Below, one piece after another: positions 37,255 to 50,631 of a DNA stretch of 64,000 bases. Positions within the stretch are counted from its first letter, which is position 1; every line of letters begins with the position of its first letter. A model generated the notes under the pieces. The model made no database searches. It was not told the DNA's origin and saw only the letters and a program-made list of their open reading frames with translations. The translations under genes were made by a program, and so were the position numbers. This stretch comes from Vicugna vicugna. Its lineage: Eukaryota. Where the stretch lies: the NCBI GenBank assembly GCA_013265495.1, contig MU058654.1, positions 496,001-560,000 of the forward strand, given 5' to 3'.

Positions 37255-37680
37255 AATGCATTCCTTCGTTCAACTCTACAAACACTTGGTGAGTGCCTAC
37301 CACGTGCCAGGCACAGTCCAAGATGCTGGAGACATACTGGTGAGTCAAAGCAGACCCAGTCTTCACACTCTTTGAGTTTGCAGACCAGTGAGGAAGGAAG
37401 ACTTTAAGTAAATCAAACTAGAAATTCAATGTGGCAAGTATGACTGGTTCTATGTAGAAAAGACCCAGGTGATTTCACCTGATCACAGAAGTCACCCTAA
37501 GGAAGAGATCTAAGGGATGAGGAGTCGAGCCAATGAAGAGGGAGGGAAGGCAGCAGGAACAGTTATGTACCAAGCCCCTTAGCAGAAGAAAGCAAGGCAC
37601 TACAGCAACGGAAAGAACCCAGTGCACCTGCAGGGGAGAGAACGAAGGGTGCCATGTGAGGATGCAGAGGTGAAGTCATC
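37255..37680 (-). mobile_element. LINE-2 3' end
   Basis: 'cattccttcgttcaac...gagtgcctaccacgtgccaggcacagtcc...aaagcagacccagtc'. Confidence 0.75.
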
Positions 37681-37784
37681 GATGGTGCTAACTTTAGGGA
37701 TTTGTATGTCAGGCTAAACCCAACCTCAGAACTCACAGGTTTAGTAAATGCTGATTATTGTGTCTCATATTCATTTCCAATTTT

Positions 37785-39230
37785 TAATTAAGCTTTTTAT
37801 TTCGAGGTAATTGTAGATTCATATATGCTTGTAAGAAATAATACAAAGAAACTCTGTGTACCATTTACCCAATTCCCCCCAGTGGTCACAGGTTATAAAG
37901 CTCTAGTCCAACGTCACAAAAAGGATGTTGACATGGATACAGTCAAGACATGGAACAGATCCAACACCACAAGCATCCTCCATGGTGCCTTTTCATAACC
38001 ACACCCACTTCCCTTCAGCCCCAGCCACTCCCTTAGCCCATGAATCTATTCTCCATTTCTGCAATTTTGTTATTTAAGAATGCAATATAAATGGAACCAT
38101 ATACTATGTAAATTTTTGTTTATTTTATCTCTGTTGCTCAAGATTGCGTGTCTATTGTTCTATATGTCGGTTTACTTATTCCTCGGTCCCCTCCACTCTG
38201 CTGTTGAATCCATCCATTGAGATTTTTGTCTCAATTGTTGCATTTTCACCTTTACAATGTCCATTCGGTTCTTCTTTATGTTTTCTATTTCTCTGCTGAA
38301 ACTCCCTATTTCTTTGGTGAGTTTTCCTATATCTTCCCATTTGTGTCAAGTATGTTCATAATTGCTCATTGAAATCATGACCCCTTAAAAATCCTTGTCA
38401 AATAATTCTAACATCTCTGTCATCCTGGTGTTGGCCTCTATTGTTGGCCTCTTTATTTTTTTTCATTCAATTTGAGATATTTCTGGTTCTTGGCATGACA
38501 AGTGATTATCCATTGAAATCCGAGCAGTTAGTATCATGTTATGAGACTCTGGGTTTTATCAAACCCTCCAGCTTAGCTGGCTGTCTTTATCCCCACTCTG
38601 GCAAGAGGAGGGTTAGCGCTAGCTTGTTACTGATGGGTGAGAGTAGAAGTCCAGGTTCTCCACTTGACCTCCATTGACACCAAGGTGGGGAGGACCCATC
38701 ACGACTGCTGAGCGGAGAGTGGGAGCTCTAGCTGGGTTGGGTGGGAGATCATTTCCAGGGGGGATGAAAGTCCTGGCTCTCTGCTTGGCCTCTGCTGATA
38801 CTGCCATGGAGGGGCTAGTGGGGCACCTCATTACAGCCGTGTGAAGGCAGAAGGCTGAGACCTCCATGCAGCCAGCCCTGCTGTGGATTAAAGTGGCACT
38901 GTGGCTTTTCTGCGGTGTTTGGGTGGACTAGAGTGATCATGGCCTCTGGCTTGCCAGGCTGCTCATTTCCTGGTCCTCTGGCTAAAAAGAGCAGGCTTTT
39001 CTGGAAGCTGTTTTTGTCTGTGTTCAGGTTACCAGGTTACTGGCTTTTTCAGCTCCAAGTGCGGGATGGATGAGGCAGAAAGAAACCCCAGGGAGCTCAC
39101 CCCCGTGCCATTCCTTGTGTCTCCAAGTGCTTAGCCGGTGTGTCTTCTCCACCTCTCAGAGCCATCGTTTATTTGTTTCATATACAATATCCAAAGTACT
39201 TGGTGTACTTCGTGAGCTTTGGGTGTTATT
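37785..39230 (-). mobile_element. Old L1MC-like element: 3' end (37785-38120) adjoining ORF1/5' region (38130-39230)
   Basis: 'gtaattgtagattcatatatgcttgtaagaaataatacaaagaactctgtgtaccatttaccca' (L1MC 3' end); 'ctgctgttgaatccatccattgagattt...aaataattctaacatctctgtcatc' (L1M 5' region). Confidence 0.65.
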
Positions 39231-42200
39231 GAAAGGGTTAGAAAAAACATAGAAGGGGGAAAAAAAAAGGAATCAACTGTTTCTCTCTCTGGAACAAGAG
39301 AACATAAGCTCCCACTTGCCCTGTGTCTCTTTATCAGTCAAGTCTGAGAGCTGGCCATCACTTAGAGGTCATGGGGTGGAGGCAAAAGCAGAAAATCAGA
39401 GGGACCTTCCTGACCCTGCCCCAAGATTAGGTGTTTTCTCATTCAATTTCTGTTCCTTCTGCTGTGGTCAGAGTTTTCAAAATTCTAGTGAAACCCTCGT
39501 GGCTATTTTTAGGCTAACCACAAGCAGAAGACTTAGGAAACAGGCAGGGCTGTATTTCTCAAGAGCCCTTCCTAAGATCACCACGACATATCACTGAAAC
39601 GTACATTTAAGGTCCTTTCTGCCTTGGTGCTGCCAGAACTTTTGATGCTGCAAAGCCACTGTCCCCTAAAATGGAGGTGTCTGGGGCCAAAATAGGGATA
39701 CAAGGATCAATCAGCTGTTCGTTTCTTACAGATAGAGAGACTCACCAAGCTGAGAGGGTTCGGGGGAGTCTTTTAGCTTCCAGAGCCAGACTGAGGGAGG
39801 GCCTGGAGCATCACCCTTATTTTGTGAGCAGTGACTCTCTGCACTTAGGTGAAGGTGAGTGTGGTTACGGTGAAATAATCGTGGCCAGGCGGCTAATTTC
39901 CTCTTGCCTTTCCGTCCCTCCCCTGGTCCATAGACAACCAGCCTGGGCTCACAGTCCCCAGGGAGGAAGAGGGTAGGGGGCAAGGGCAGAGCCTTCCTCT
40001 GTGGCCATTTGTTCCCCCAGGGAGCCTGGGGAGAGATTCAGAAATGGCAGTGTCTTGACCAGAAACATAAAAGCAGATAAAAGGAGAATTTCATCAGAGG
40101 GGAAGGGGGTGGACAGCTCCAAATTATCTACGGGTTTCAAGATCTTGGTGTGATTTGATCCCTGAAAGGAATGCTTGGATGATGGATTAGCATTGAAACT
40201 GCTACTGCAGAAAATGCAGTGGTATTTGTTGCTTCTTCTCTGGGTTTGTAGCCTGTGAATGATTGAGGACCACTGGAGCCCTCACAGGGGCACCCAGTGA
40301 TCCTGACGGCATCCTGTGAGGAGGCTCTGAAGTCACGTGGGACTCCACACCACGTTTAGCTTCATCACGGTACATGGTTCTTATATTCTGCCAGGTACAT
40401 CTTTAATACAACGCTTCTTGGAGATCTCTACGGAAGCAGAGATCTGTTCAGGGGATGCGAGCAAAGGAACTCCTTAGGTCTCTACCTTGTCTCATTCAAG
40501 AAACTGCTGCTTCTGTCAAGCCGCCTGCTCCTTCGTATTGGAAGAGAAGGAGGCCGGTGTCTCTTTAACAATCCACTCAGCACCTCTGCTCATTTCAACT
40601 CGGATGCACTTGCATGTGAAAATTACCTTCCTCAGCTCCCAAATCGCTGTTTGGATGTGTGAGGAAAGAGGCCCCTCTCTTTGAAGCTCCAGAAGACACT
40701 GCCATAAAAAGGTAATTATTATTTGCATTCTGATGCTCACCCCATGACCTGCCATACCTCACCCATCCGAGTCTGCCCACGAGAAAGCACACATGCGTCT
40801 TATCTTGAGCCTGAGCCCTCAGTGAGCAGTAGGTACTGCCTTCTCTAATTTAGTCCAACAAATCTGATACCCAGTAACAGTTTCTCGTGGCTTCCTGTTT
40901 CGTGTCACTTTCCGATATCTGCTGTAATTTGATTTCATGGTTTACAGAGCCATTTTTCAGGTACTAGAATCCCTCCCTTTCTTTGTAGATTGAAATAAGA
41001 ATATAGGCACAAGGTACAAGAATAACTTTGCCAAAGTTAACGAGAGTGGTCTGTCGATTTATGCAGGTGCAGAAGGCTCCTTTCACAGGACCCAGAATTT
41101 TCTTTCAAGAGAAACCCTTCTGGATCCCAAAGGCTCCTCAAAGGCTCACCCCTCTGGCTTTCCCACAGTGAGACCCTGGGTCTCATCCTCTGCCTGCACA
41201 TCATTGTAAAGCTTTGTTTTTCTCCCTGGTGATGAGTCAGCTACTAGAAGCTTCCTTTCCAAGAGCTGCTTCTCAAAACCTCAGCTCCCTTGACCTACAA
41301 ATCTCTCAGGATTTCACCCAGGCAGACAGAGAGGTGGAGCTACTTCCTTGGCACCTCCTGCTGATGACTATGATGAGGGCGATGAATCATGTTAACCGGG
41401 CCCTTCCTTCAGAGTTTACAAAAATAGCTTTCAATTCCCTTCATGTACACTCTCAGATTTAATTCTTTACAACAAGCATACTGGGTGGATACGTTATCCA
41501 AATTTGACATGTGGGACACCAAGGATCGAAGAGCCATTTTCTCAAGGTTCACGGCTAATAGGGTGTGTAGACACACTCTTGGCAACCATCCCCACCCCAG
41601 GAAGATGTGACCCAGGGAAGCAAGGCCTGTACGTGCGTTCCCGCCACCCACCACCGGTCCCCAAGACAGCCTGGTGGGCACTGGGGGCCCCACCCCATCT
41701 CTCTTTCTGGCCAAGTCTCCAAAAACCATAAGTTATCAAAGAAAAGAGAGTGAGTATCTCAAGACGTGCAGACAGCACCAGCACTAAACGAAGAGCAGTC
41801 TGTTTATCACATTGCACGGGGATTCAACTTTTATCTTTAACTCCTTCTTTGACTCCCAAAGGGAAGGCTGGTAGCCACGGCCCAGAATGTCCCTGTTTCA
41901 GACCAGGCTCTCAGTGTCCAGACCATGCAGTTAACAGCCCCTCATCGACCAAGAGGAATTTGGAAAGAACCAGGCTCTACAAGACAGCAGACTTTTAACT
42001 GCTACACAACCTGTCAGACCGAAGCCCCATGAGCTGCGAGGGATTCCGGAAATTCAGAACCACACGGAATGCAAGTGATGCTGGAGCCTCCCCTAAGAGC
42101 ACTTTTCCCGCCTGGAGTTTCCTTTGATCCTAATGACGCCCCCCAGAAGCTTTTTGAGCAGAGATGATTATCCCCAATGAATGCACGAGACAACTGAGGC

Positions 42201-43084
42201 TCGGAGAGCTTACATAAATAGGGAGGCAGATACCATTTATTCAGTGACAGGTATCATGCTATGTTCACTTTCAAGGCTAATCTTTTAATCCTCATGAAAA
42301 CGTGGAGGCCTGGAGAGGTTATGCCCTCAAGGTCATTAAGGCAGGTGGTGGCGGGCTTGGGTCCCACGCTCAGAAGTCCTGGCATCAAGTTCAGAAATGT
42401 GTCTACTACTCATCAAAAGCCAAAACCTCTCCCCCAAACCTCCCAGGGAACCCCCGATGGGCACTGACTCAGACAGACCCAGTACAGGCTTAGCAGACCC
42501 CGAGGTAGACAAGATGCCCAATATGAAGTAGGGTGTTTCAAAGGAGGAGAATGTAAGTCTGACTGTTATTCCCAGGAGATGACAGCAGGGAGTTTCAAGA
42601 CTGGATTGTACATGGAAACAGGCAGGTACAAGGAAATCTGCAGAGGCGGGACGTCAGACATCCCACCAAGCTGAATGTTTTCTTATTACTCCATCCAATT
42701 GATGCTCAGCTCTGTTTTACAGACGAGGCCTTCGGAAATTGATTTTAATCTGTAGGCGAGCCTGTAGCAGCAGCCATCTCATTCCCGGCAGAGCGAAAGT
42801 GCAAGGTGAGAGCTGTAACACATCCGCTTCACTCAGTGTAAGAGGAAATAAGGCAAAATGGGTGACTGGGGCAGACGGAGCACGGAGGAAGCACCGAGCA
42901 TGACTACAGTCTTTAAATAATCAAAACTACATGGTCTCCTCCTGTCGGGGGCAAAATAATCCATGAAAGAAAAGCTGTTGAATGTGAAGTCAGGGGTGGG
43001 GGGGTTCACAGGAGGGAAACGGGAAATCATTACAGTCTGTGTCTTTTCTTATTCTCTTTTTCTTTTGTTTTTAATTTTGTTAAT

Positions 43085-43235
43085 TTTTATGCCATTTTTA
43101 AAGGTTTCTTTTCACTTACAGTTATTACAAAATATTGGCTATATTCCCCCGTGTTGTACAAATACATCCTTGAGTCTGTTTTATACCCAATGGTTTGTAC
43201 CACCCACTCCCCTACCACTCTACTGCCCCTCCCCC
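43085..43235 (-). mobile_element. Short L1 3'UTR fragment
   Basis: 'tttaaaggtttcttttcacttacagttattacaaaatattggctatattccccgtgttgtac' is similar to 60470-60590. Confidence 0.8.
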
Positions 43236-45457
43236 ACCAAGACTCTACGTCTTAAAGACACAAACCCTCTTGATCAAGACACTGTGCATTAACTGCAGTG
43301 CCCCTGCAAGGGAGGGCCCTCGAAATCCCTCCAGAATGACACAGCACCCTCTCAACTCAGCCAGCAGATTGAGAAGCTGATTCAGATCTCTGTTGTGCAG
43401 AACAGAGTTTGCACCCAGGGTGGAACGCAGCTCACTCTGCAGAGGCCAGTGAGAGCGTCCAGGGCCATCAGAGTGCTTTGCTCCTCATTACGTTCACTGA
43501 GTAACGTAAGTGAGACATCTTGGAAGATGCACCATCTGCTTTGGGTGTAGCAGGCACGAAGGTGCAGATTTCCCCACCCTAACAAATGCCTCTTGTTTCT
43601 CAGATAGAAGTCACAACCCCTGCCTGAAACTGTATGTGGGCCCTCCCTGCCATCATGCACTCACCCCCAAAGGGCAACACCACTTCTGGCCAAGGAAGGG
43701 CTCTGCTTGGAGACAAATGCTGTATAGCATTTCCCATCTCACAAGGGGTATAAATTCCCAGCAGTCCCAAAGGGCAGGCCATAAGGTCTCAAAGGTCTCA
43801 GTGGCTCAAGAGCAATGCCATGCAAGTGGCAGATCATCCCTGCCCCACAGCCCTGAGCTCCAGGCCTGTCTCCAGAATTCCCACCCTTGTTAGCTTTAAG
43901 TGGAGCCTAAAACCGTGGGATGCATCAGGCTTCCTGGATGGAAACAAGCAGATCCTGCCCCAGAGGACACCATTTCTCTAAACCAAACCTGCAAAGAAAG
44001 ACCTGGGATAAATGACTTCGTCTTCTGCTGGGGAGATGCACTCAAGGGGAGGAAATCCATCACCAGCCAACCTCAGGACCTTCAGAAGCCACTTACTTCC
44101 TTGGGTGCCCCGGTGCACTCAGCCAAGCACCGACCCCAAAAGGTGCCGCATGTCCAAATGCTCCCTAGTTCAGTACCTTTGAGATCCTCTCCCAGCTCCA
44201 ACCTCCTCCTGGAGATTTGCAGTGAATACAAGTATAATAAAGGATCTGAGAAGTCACAAAATAAATAAACTCACTGGCAAATATCTTTTGACTTGAGCAT
44301 CCCCTCCACTATTCTGCAGAGGGCACAAAGAAAATTCACTGAGAATGAAATACATTTTTGTGGCCATGAAAGAGTCAAATTAAGAGGGTTATGGCCCCCA
44401 CCCTAGGCCTTTGTGTTGGAGACTTGGGACTTTCCTTATGCTTATGATCAAGTTGAAACATTTTTGTATTAAAAAAAATTGATTGATCCAAGAAGTGGAA
44501 GGGTCTTTGGAGTTTGTAGGAGCTAGCCTTGGGGAAAGAGATTTCCAAATGGAAACAGGTCAGTAGCTTGGAGCTTCTGTCCTGAGGAGAAGCAGGTGAG
44601 GAGACAGTGGACATGCAGGGATGGGCCCTGTGTTAGGCAGTTAGACCTCAGGCAAGAGTCAAATGGCCACGTCTGGATGGAGACAGGAAGATGCACCCGC
44701 CTTCCCCACCCCCCACCACGAGGGGCCATGCTGGCTTGGAAACTGAGCAGAGCAGTGGGATTTAGTGAACCCCAACCCTAGAGAGCCCTCGCCGAGTGTT
44801 CAAATGTGGTTGAGTTGCCTGAAAACTTCATCTGGAGCATGGGTAGAAGGAGAATTTTCCTAAAATAAATGTGCTTAAATTTCTTATCTCACAGGAGCAT
44901 GGGGGGTTCTGAGTCACCTTTAATTAGATTTGGGGAACAAGAGTAGTAAGACTTCTCTGACGCTTGACTCTCGCGGTGATGGCAAATCTGAACTGCACCG
45001 CCCAAGTAACACCTTCCGTCTCTTTCTAAAAGTACTTTTTCTCAGGACACTCATTAGGAAAGTCTCCCATGGGTGGGCTCTGTGCTTTTCCTAAACACTT
45101 TACCTCCTTTCCTTCCCATTATGAACAAGTTGATGAAAGGTGCCGTTTCAGTAACCAAATACGACCCAAAGTGGAGGCTGACTCCCAGCATCCTGCAAGA
45201 CATCTGGAGGAAACGTGGACACTTCCTCTGGCTTCCTTCCTTTCACCTCACACAGCTGAAATTTTTCTCTCATTAATTTTCTCACTTGTGTGACCTGAAG
45301 GAAAAGTTTTAAATCCACTCATCCCAGCTTCACGATGGTAAGCTGCTCCATGAATTGAGTTTTCGAAAACATCTTAAGACTGTTAAACGTCCGAAAAAAA
45401 AGTCTATGATATATCCATAAGTAAAACGTGTGTCACTAAACAGAGTGTTCCACGCAC

Positions 45458-45905
45458 ACAGCCATGTCTCACTGTCCGTGGCAGTTACGTTCTCTCAAGG
45501 GGCCATGAACACTGAATTAGCAAATCTTGAACAACTGCCCAAAGGAAAACAAAAGATTAGGTTCCCAGAAGCCTTTGGTCATGACATTTTGGTCAATTAA
45601 TCAATATATAACCTTGTTTTATATGTGTTTCTGTTTAAAGACATCTCATGTCATAATCGTAGTCGACTCATTTATACTGAACTCATGAACAGTGGTTCCA
45701 CAGCTGCCCGAACAAAGCTTATCTGACACACTAATTTTCTCTGAAAGGTGCATTGACTTCTTAGTGATCTTTTCTGATCACTTTACTCCATCACTTCACA
45801 CACTTTAGCTGAGATATTTTAAATGAATATTTTCTTCAAGGAAAAAAAAAAAAACACTGAAAATGGAGTCACCAGAAAAACAACTAGGAATACATTGTTT
45901 CGAGT
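45458..45905 (+). mobile_element. MER82-like TcMar-Tigger DNA transposon remnant
   Basis: 'gaacactgaattagcaaatcttgaac...ttaggttccc...atcaatatataaccttgttttatatgtgtttctgtttaaagaca' matches the recalled MER82 consensus. Confidence 0.7.
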
Positions 45906-45909
45906 CATA

Positions 45910-46710
45910 ACACAAAGCACCAATTTCCTCAACCAGCAAAGAACTCTAAATAAATCAATAAGGAAAAAAGTAAAAATCCAATATAAATCGGGCAAAAGAT
46001 GTAACTAAGCAGCTCACAGACAATGAACTTTGTCTTACGAGGGATAATGATAGCTCTTTAGTAATAAGAGAAATGTAATTAAAACTAAAAACACATCCAT
46101 TTTTACCATAAGTTTGGCAAAAATAAAAATATTTAAGACATGCATTGGGAAGGACGTGGGGAGAAACAGGTGCTCTCAGGTACTGCTGTTGGGGGTTCAC
46201 ATTGACTCAACCTCTATGATGGAAATTAAACAACTTCCAACATTAACGCATGCGTATACCCTGTCATTCAGTAATTCCAATGACAGTTATTACTGTACAA
46301 AGATATTCATTGCTGCATTGTTTGTGGTAACAAAAGATTAGAACCCAATAGGGGGCAAATTACATAGGTTATGGTTCATACGTGCAATGGAAAACTAACC
46401 CAGCATTAAAAAGAATGAGATGCATTCTGTATGTAGTAACACGGCAAGGCTGCAAAGATGAACTGTTAAATGAAAACCTACTATCATGTATCGATGCAAA
46501 AAAAAGTTTAAAAAGAACTCTATATGTACATTTTTGTAATTATGGAACGTGTTTTCTAGCAAATACTCTCTTCCATTCCTTCCTTCCAGTTAAAAAATGA
46601 TAATAAGAGTGATTGTTTCTGGGAAGAAGAATTGGGTTGCTAGGACTCATGGGAAGGAGATTTATTTTTCACTGTGTATTTTCTCAAACCTTCTGAACTA
46701 TGGACAGACA
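45910..46710 (+). mobile_element. L1ME-like 3' region
   Basis: 'taataagagaaatgtaattaaaactaa', 'gatattcattgctgcattgtttgtggtaacaaaaga'. Confidence 0.7.
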
Positions 46711-46759
46711 GTACTGATTATAAACAATGAAAGCAAAATAATCTAAAAAATATATTCAG

Positions 46760-47695
46760 TAAGGCATAGACTGGGTGAAAATAATTATAAAACACATATC
46801 TGACAAAGGATTCACATCCAAAATATATAAAGACCTCTCAAAACTCAATAACAGGAAAAAAAAACAATTTTTAAATGACAAAAAAATATGTAAACAAGGA
46901 AGAGATATATTTTGCAAAAACATATACAAAGATCAATTATCATAATGGAAATGCAAATTAAAACCACAGTGAGACACCATTACATACTTATTAGAATGAA
47001 TCTTACCTATTATTAGAATAAAACTTATTTAGAATGTTTAATGATAATACCTAGAATTGGTGAGTATATGGAGCAACTGAAACTCTACTGGACAATACCT
47101 AATGCTGACAGGGATGCAAAATGGTACACTTACTTTGGAAAACATGTTTTTCTTTCCAAGTAAACCTCCACCTACCCTATGACCCAGCACTCTCACTTCT
47201 AGGTATTTACTCTAGAGAAATGGAAACACACACACACAAAAACCCAGAGATCACGTTCACAGAAGCTTGGTTGGAAGTTGGCCAAGTGCCCCTCACTTGG
47301 TGAATGGATAAACAGACTGTGGTATATCCATACAATAAAATACTACTCAAAAAAAAAAAAGAAACAAAGAAACTTATGGTACTGACACAACACAGATAAA
47401 TTTCAAGAGCACTGTGTTAAGTAAAAGCAGCCAATTATAAAAAAAAAAAGCAGCAGCAGCAGCAGTCAGGTACAAAAAAGGCTACGTACTATAGGATGCC
47501 ATTTATACAACATTATGGAAAAGGCAAAACAGATCAGGGGTTACCAGGGGCTGGAGAAGGAAGGAAGGGATTGACTACAAACTAGGTCCATTCGGGGGTG
47601 ATGTGGTGATTGTTAGACAGCTGTGTACATTTGTCACAATGCATAGAACTGAACACCCAAAAAAGTGGATTTTACTACATGTAAATTACTTCTCA
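46760..47695 (+). mobile_element. L1MB/MC-like 3' region
   Basis: 'gaaatgcaaattaaaaccacagtgagacacc', 'ctaccctatgacccagc...ggtgaatggataaacagactgtggtatatccatacaat'. Confidence 0.82.
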
Positions 47696-49509
47696 GTAGA
47701 CACGATATCTCTGGTTTACTGTGGGCAGCATGGCTGGCTACCTGAACTGTTTCCTCAAGAGAGTGGAGAGGGTCATAGAAAACTCAGGCATCTCTGCCTG
47801 ACTCCCTGGCCATGTGCTCAGCCATCTCCCTTTCAGAGATGCTGAAGCCGCTACAGATTCAGACAGGGCGCTGGTTCAACCACGCTGTCCACAGGGAAAG
47901 ACATTTAATATCATTATCCACCCCAAACACTGAGCGACAATATTATCTTTACCCACCAGGCAGAGAGATTTCAAGTTTGAATGTGATTTTAATTAGATGC
48001 TCCTCTTTGCTACTCAGTTATGGAGACAGTCGCACTGAGGTCAGAAGGAGACGGGAGAATTTGATTAAAGTCAGTCACTGGGAAAACAGCATGAGCAAAG
48101 ACGTAGAACCTAAAAAGGATATGACAGGTACCCTTTCTATAATGTTGTCCACAGCGTTGACAATTATGCTGTCACTGGCATTTCTATTTTGACTTTCCAG
48201 TATATTCATCATATATTCTAAAATCAATCATTTTAAACAATTCATTTGAATGATGTTCAGTCTTCAAATAGGAGCTTGAAAAAACACACAAGCCTGTTCA
48301 GACACCCTGCTAAGTTGCTTTGGCTTCAATAATCCTGAATAACTTGCACCTCTTGGCTATTGGTTTCATCACCCCGACAGCTGAAATAACATGTCCATGG
48401 CTTGCGTCAGTCTTGGATGTTTGCGGTTACGGGAAGAATGGGGAGGCTATGCATATTTTCTAAATTAATTCGAGCTCTGCGTTTGTCTCTAGCGCTACAA
48501 GATTCAATCGCATGCGTCGTAGCTGAGCAGGCAGCAGGCGCACGCGGAATGTTCCACCTGGCTGGGTGCTTTTGTCACAAGAAGCCAGGTTTCACTCCTT
48601 GTAATGCAGAGGAATCAAATAATTTAATCTTTAAAGGCAGATTCAATGAATCCATTCTACCTTGAAAGAGATAAACTGGTACCTAAAGTACAAAAAGTAA
48701 GCCCTTTGATAAACGTGTTTCTATCTGCCTCATGACTGTGAAACCAAAGGGCAAATTTAACACTGGTATTGATGCGTTAAAGTGTAAAGCTGTGAAACAG
48801 AACTCAACAGTCCGGATGACCCAGGTAACCGGGACTTCTGTCCTGTATTCCACTTAGAAGAGACAAATTCCAATAAAACAAGTTACTCAGAGTTAGCAGG
48901 ATTGGAGGATTGAACCCAGAGGACTGACTTCCCAAAATGCCACTGACATGGCAGAAAATGAAAGTTTAAAGGAGGTCAGATGACGAGGACAAAGAGGAGG
49001 AGAGGAAGCAGCAGCTGGAAGGTTGGGTGGAGAGGGGCAAGCTGGCCAGCAGAGCCTTGGCACCTTGGAGAGAAGTTCCGACACCCAGGTTGGGGATGCA
49101 GGAGGCCGAAGCACCGCAGTTCTCCTCTCTGACCCTGAAACAGGGGCTGTGGACTCCAGTACCCCATCCAACCTCATCCATCAACTGCTGCCCTCTGACT
49201 CCTACAAAGCCTGAAAGATCATTCCGGAAAAACAGAAGCCAAGAAACCCGGGCTTGGGAAAATGGTTACAGCAGCGTAGGGCAGAGGACTGGAAACAAGG
49301 ATGGGGGGGTGGAGTCTGCATCTGAACAGTTAGGAGACCTCCTTCCCATCCCTGCACGTCACGATGCCCCAGCCTACGCCATCACGCATGCGCCATCAGG
49401 TAAGGGAAAACACTGAATTCCCTCCTCCAAAACTTTTTCTCAGAATTTAACTTTTTTTTTCCTGATTTGGTTAATAATTATGAAAAGCGTCATTATGTGT
49501 CAGGAGCAG

Positions 49510-50490
49510 GGAGCATTGATGATGTAGCTGTTCAGAGTATATAATATTTGATAATACACAGATAGGATATTACCGACATTATGAAGCATGATCATGCCGT
49601 GCATACCCTGATTCCACCACCCAACTTCAGAAAGTGCCATGAACAGTCTACGTGGAACCCCTCTGCCCTAGAAGGAGCCACTATTCTTGTTTGTGCTTAT
49701 TTTTTTCTTGCTTTTTATTTTAAAAAAATACCAATAGTGCATGTAAAAACTTACCAATTGTTTTGTTTTGCTTAGGTTTTAGCTTGATAAAAGTGATATC
49801 ATATCTTATATATCTATCACATCTTATATAACTGCCTCCAAGTTCTGAGATGTTCATTTTCACTCAAATTACAGGTTGGTGGGTAGCATCAGCTGGTTCA
49901 TTTTCATGACTGTGAAATATTCCCCTGACTGAATACACTCAACTTCTATTTATACATTTCCCTATGGATGGACCTTTAGTTTTCTCTTGTTTTGGATACT
50001 ACAAAAACTGTGAAAAATGTTCTTGTAATGTTGCTTTTTTAGTGCCCAAAGACAGGAGTTTCTCCAAGATATATGAAGACAATTGATGAGTCATTGTATT
50101 AACTTACATACAAGCTTGTAGGATATTGTTTTTCAAAGTATCTATGTCAATTTACTGCCATATCAACAGTGTATGCATGCCTGTTCTTTATATTTCAAAT
50201 ACTTGATCTTATCAAATTTCTTAATTTTTGTAAATCAATGGGCATAAAAAAGTATTCCATGGTGGCCTTTTTATTTTTTGAATACCCAGAAGATTGAACT
50301 TATCCTCAAAGATTTCTTGACTATTCATGTTTCCATCTCTGTGAAATGCAGTTTCTAGCTTTTGTTGACTTTTTTTATTGGGTTGATTTTTTTTTTAAGT
50401 TATATGGTAGTCCTTTATACATCCTGAATTCTAATCCTTTATTAGGAGTGTGTGTTAGAATGATATCTGTGAGTTTTGAATTCATCATTC
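49510..50490 (-). mobile_element. Old L1ME-like fragment
   Basis: Degenerate antisense L1 3' region ('ttcattttcatgactgtgaaatattcc', 'gtagtcctttatacatcctgaattctaatcc'). Confidence 0.6.
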
Positions 50491-50631
50491 CTTCTTGTTT
50501 TTACAGTGATTTCTAAGAACATCTAAATTGCCAAGAGAGTAATTCATATTCAAGGATAGGAAGTCTCAATATCATAAAAATGTCAGTTCTACCCAAATCA
50601 GTCTCTAGACTCAGTTCACTCACAGTCAAAA

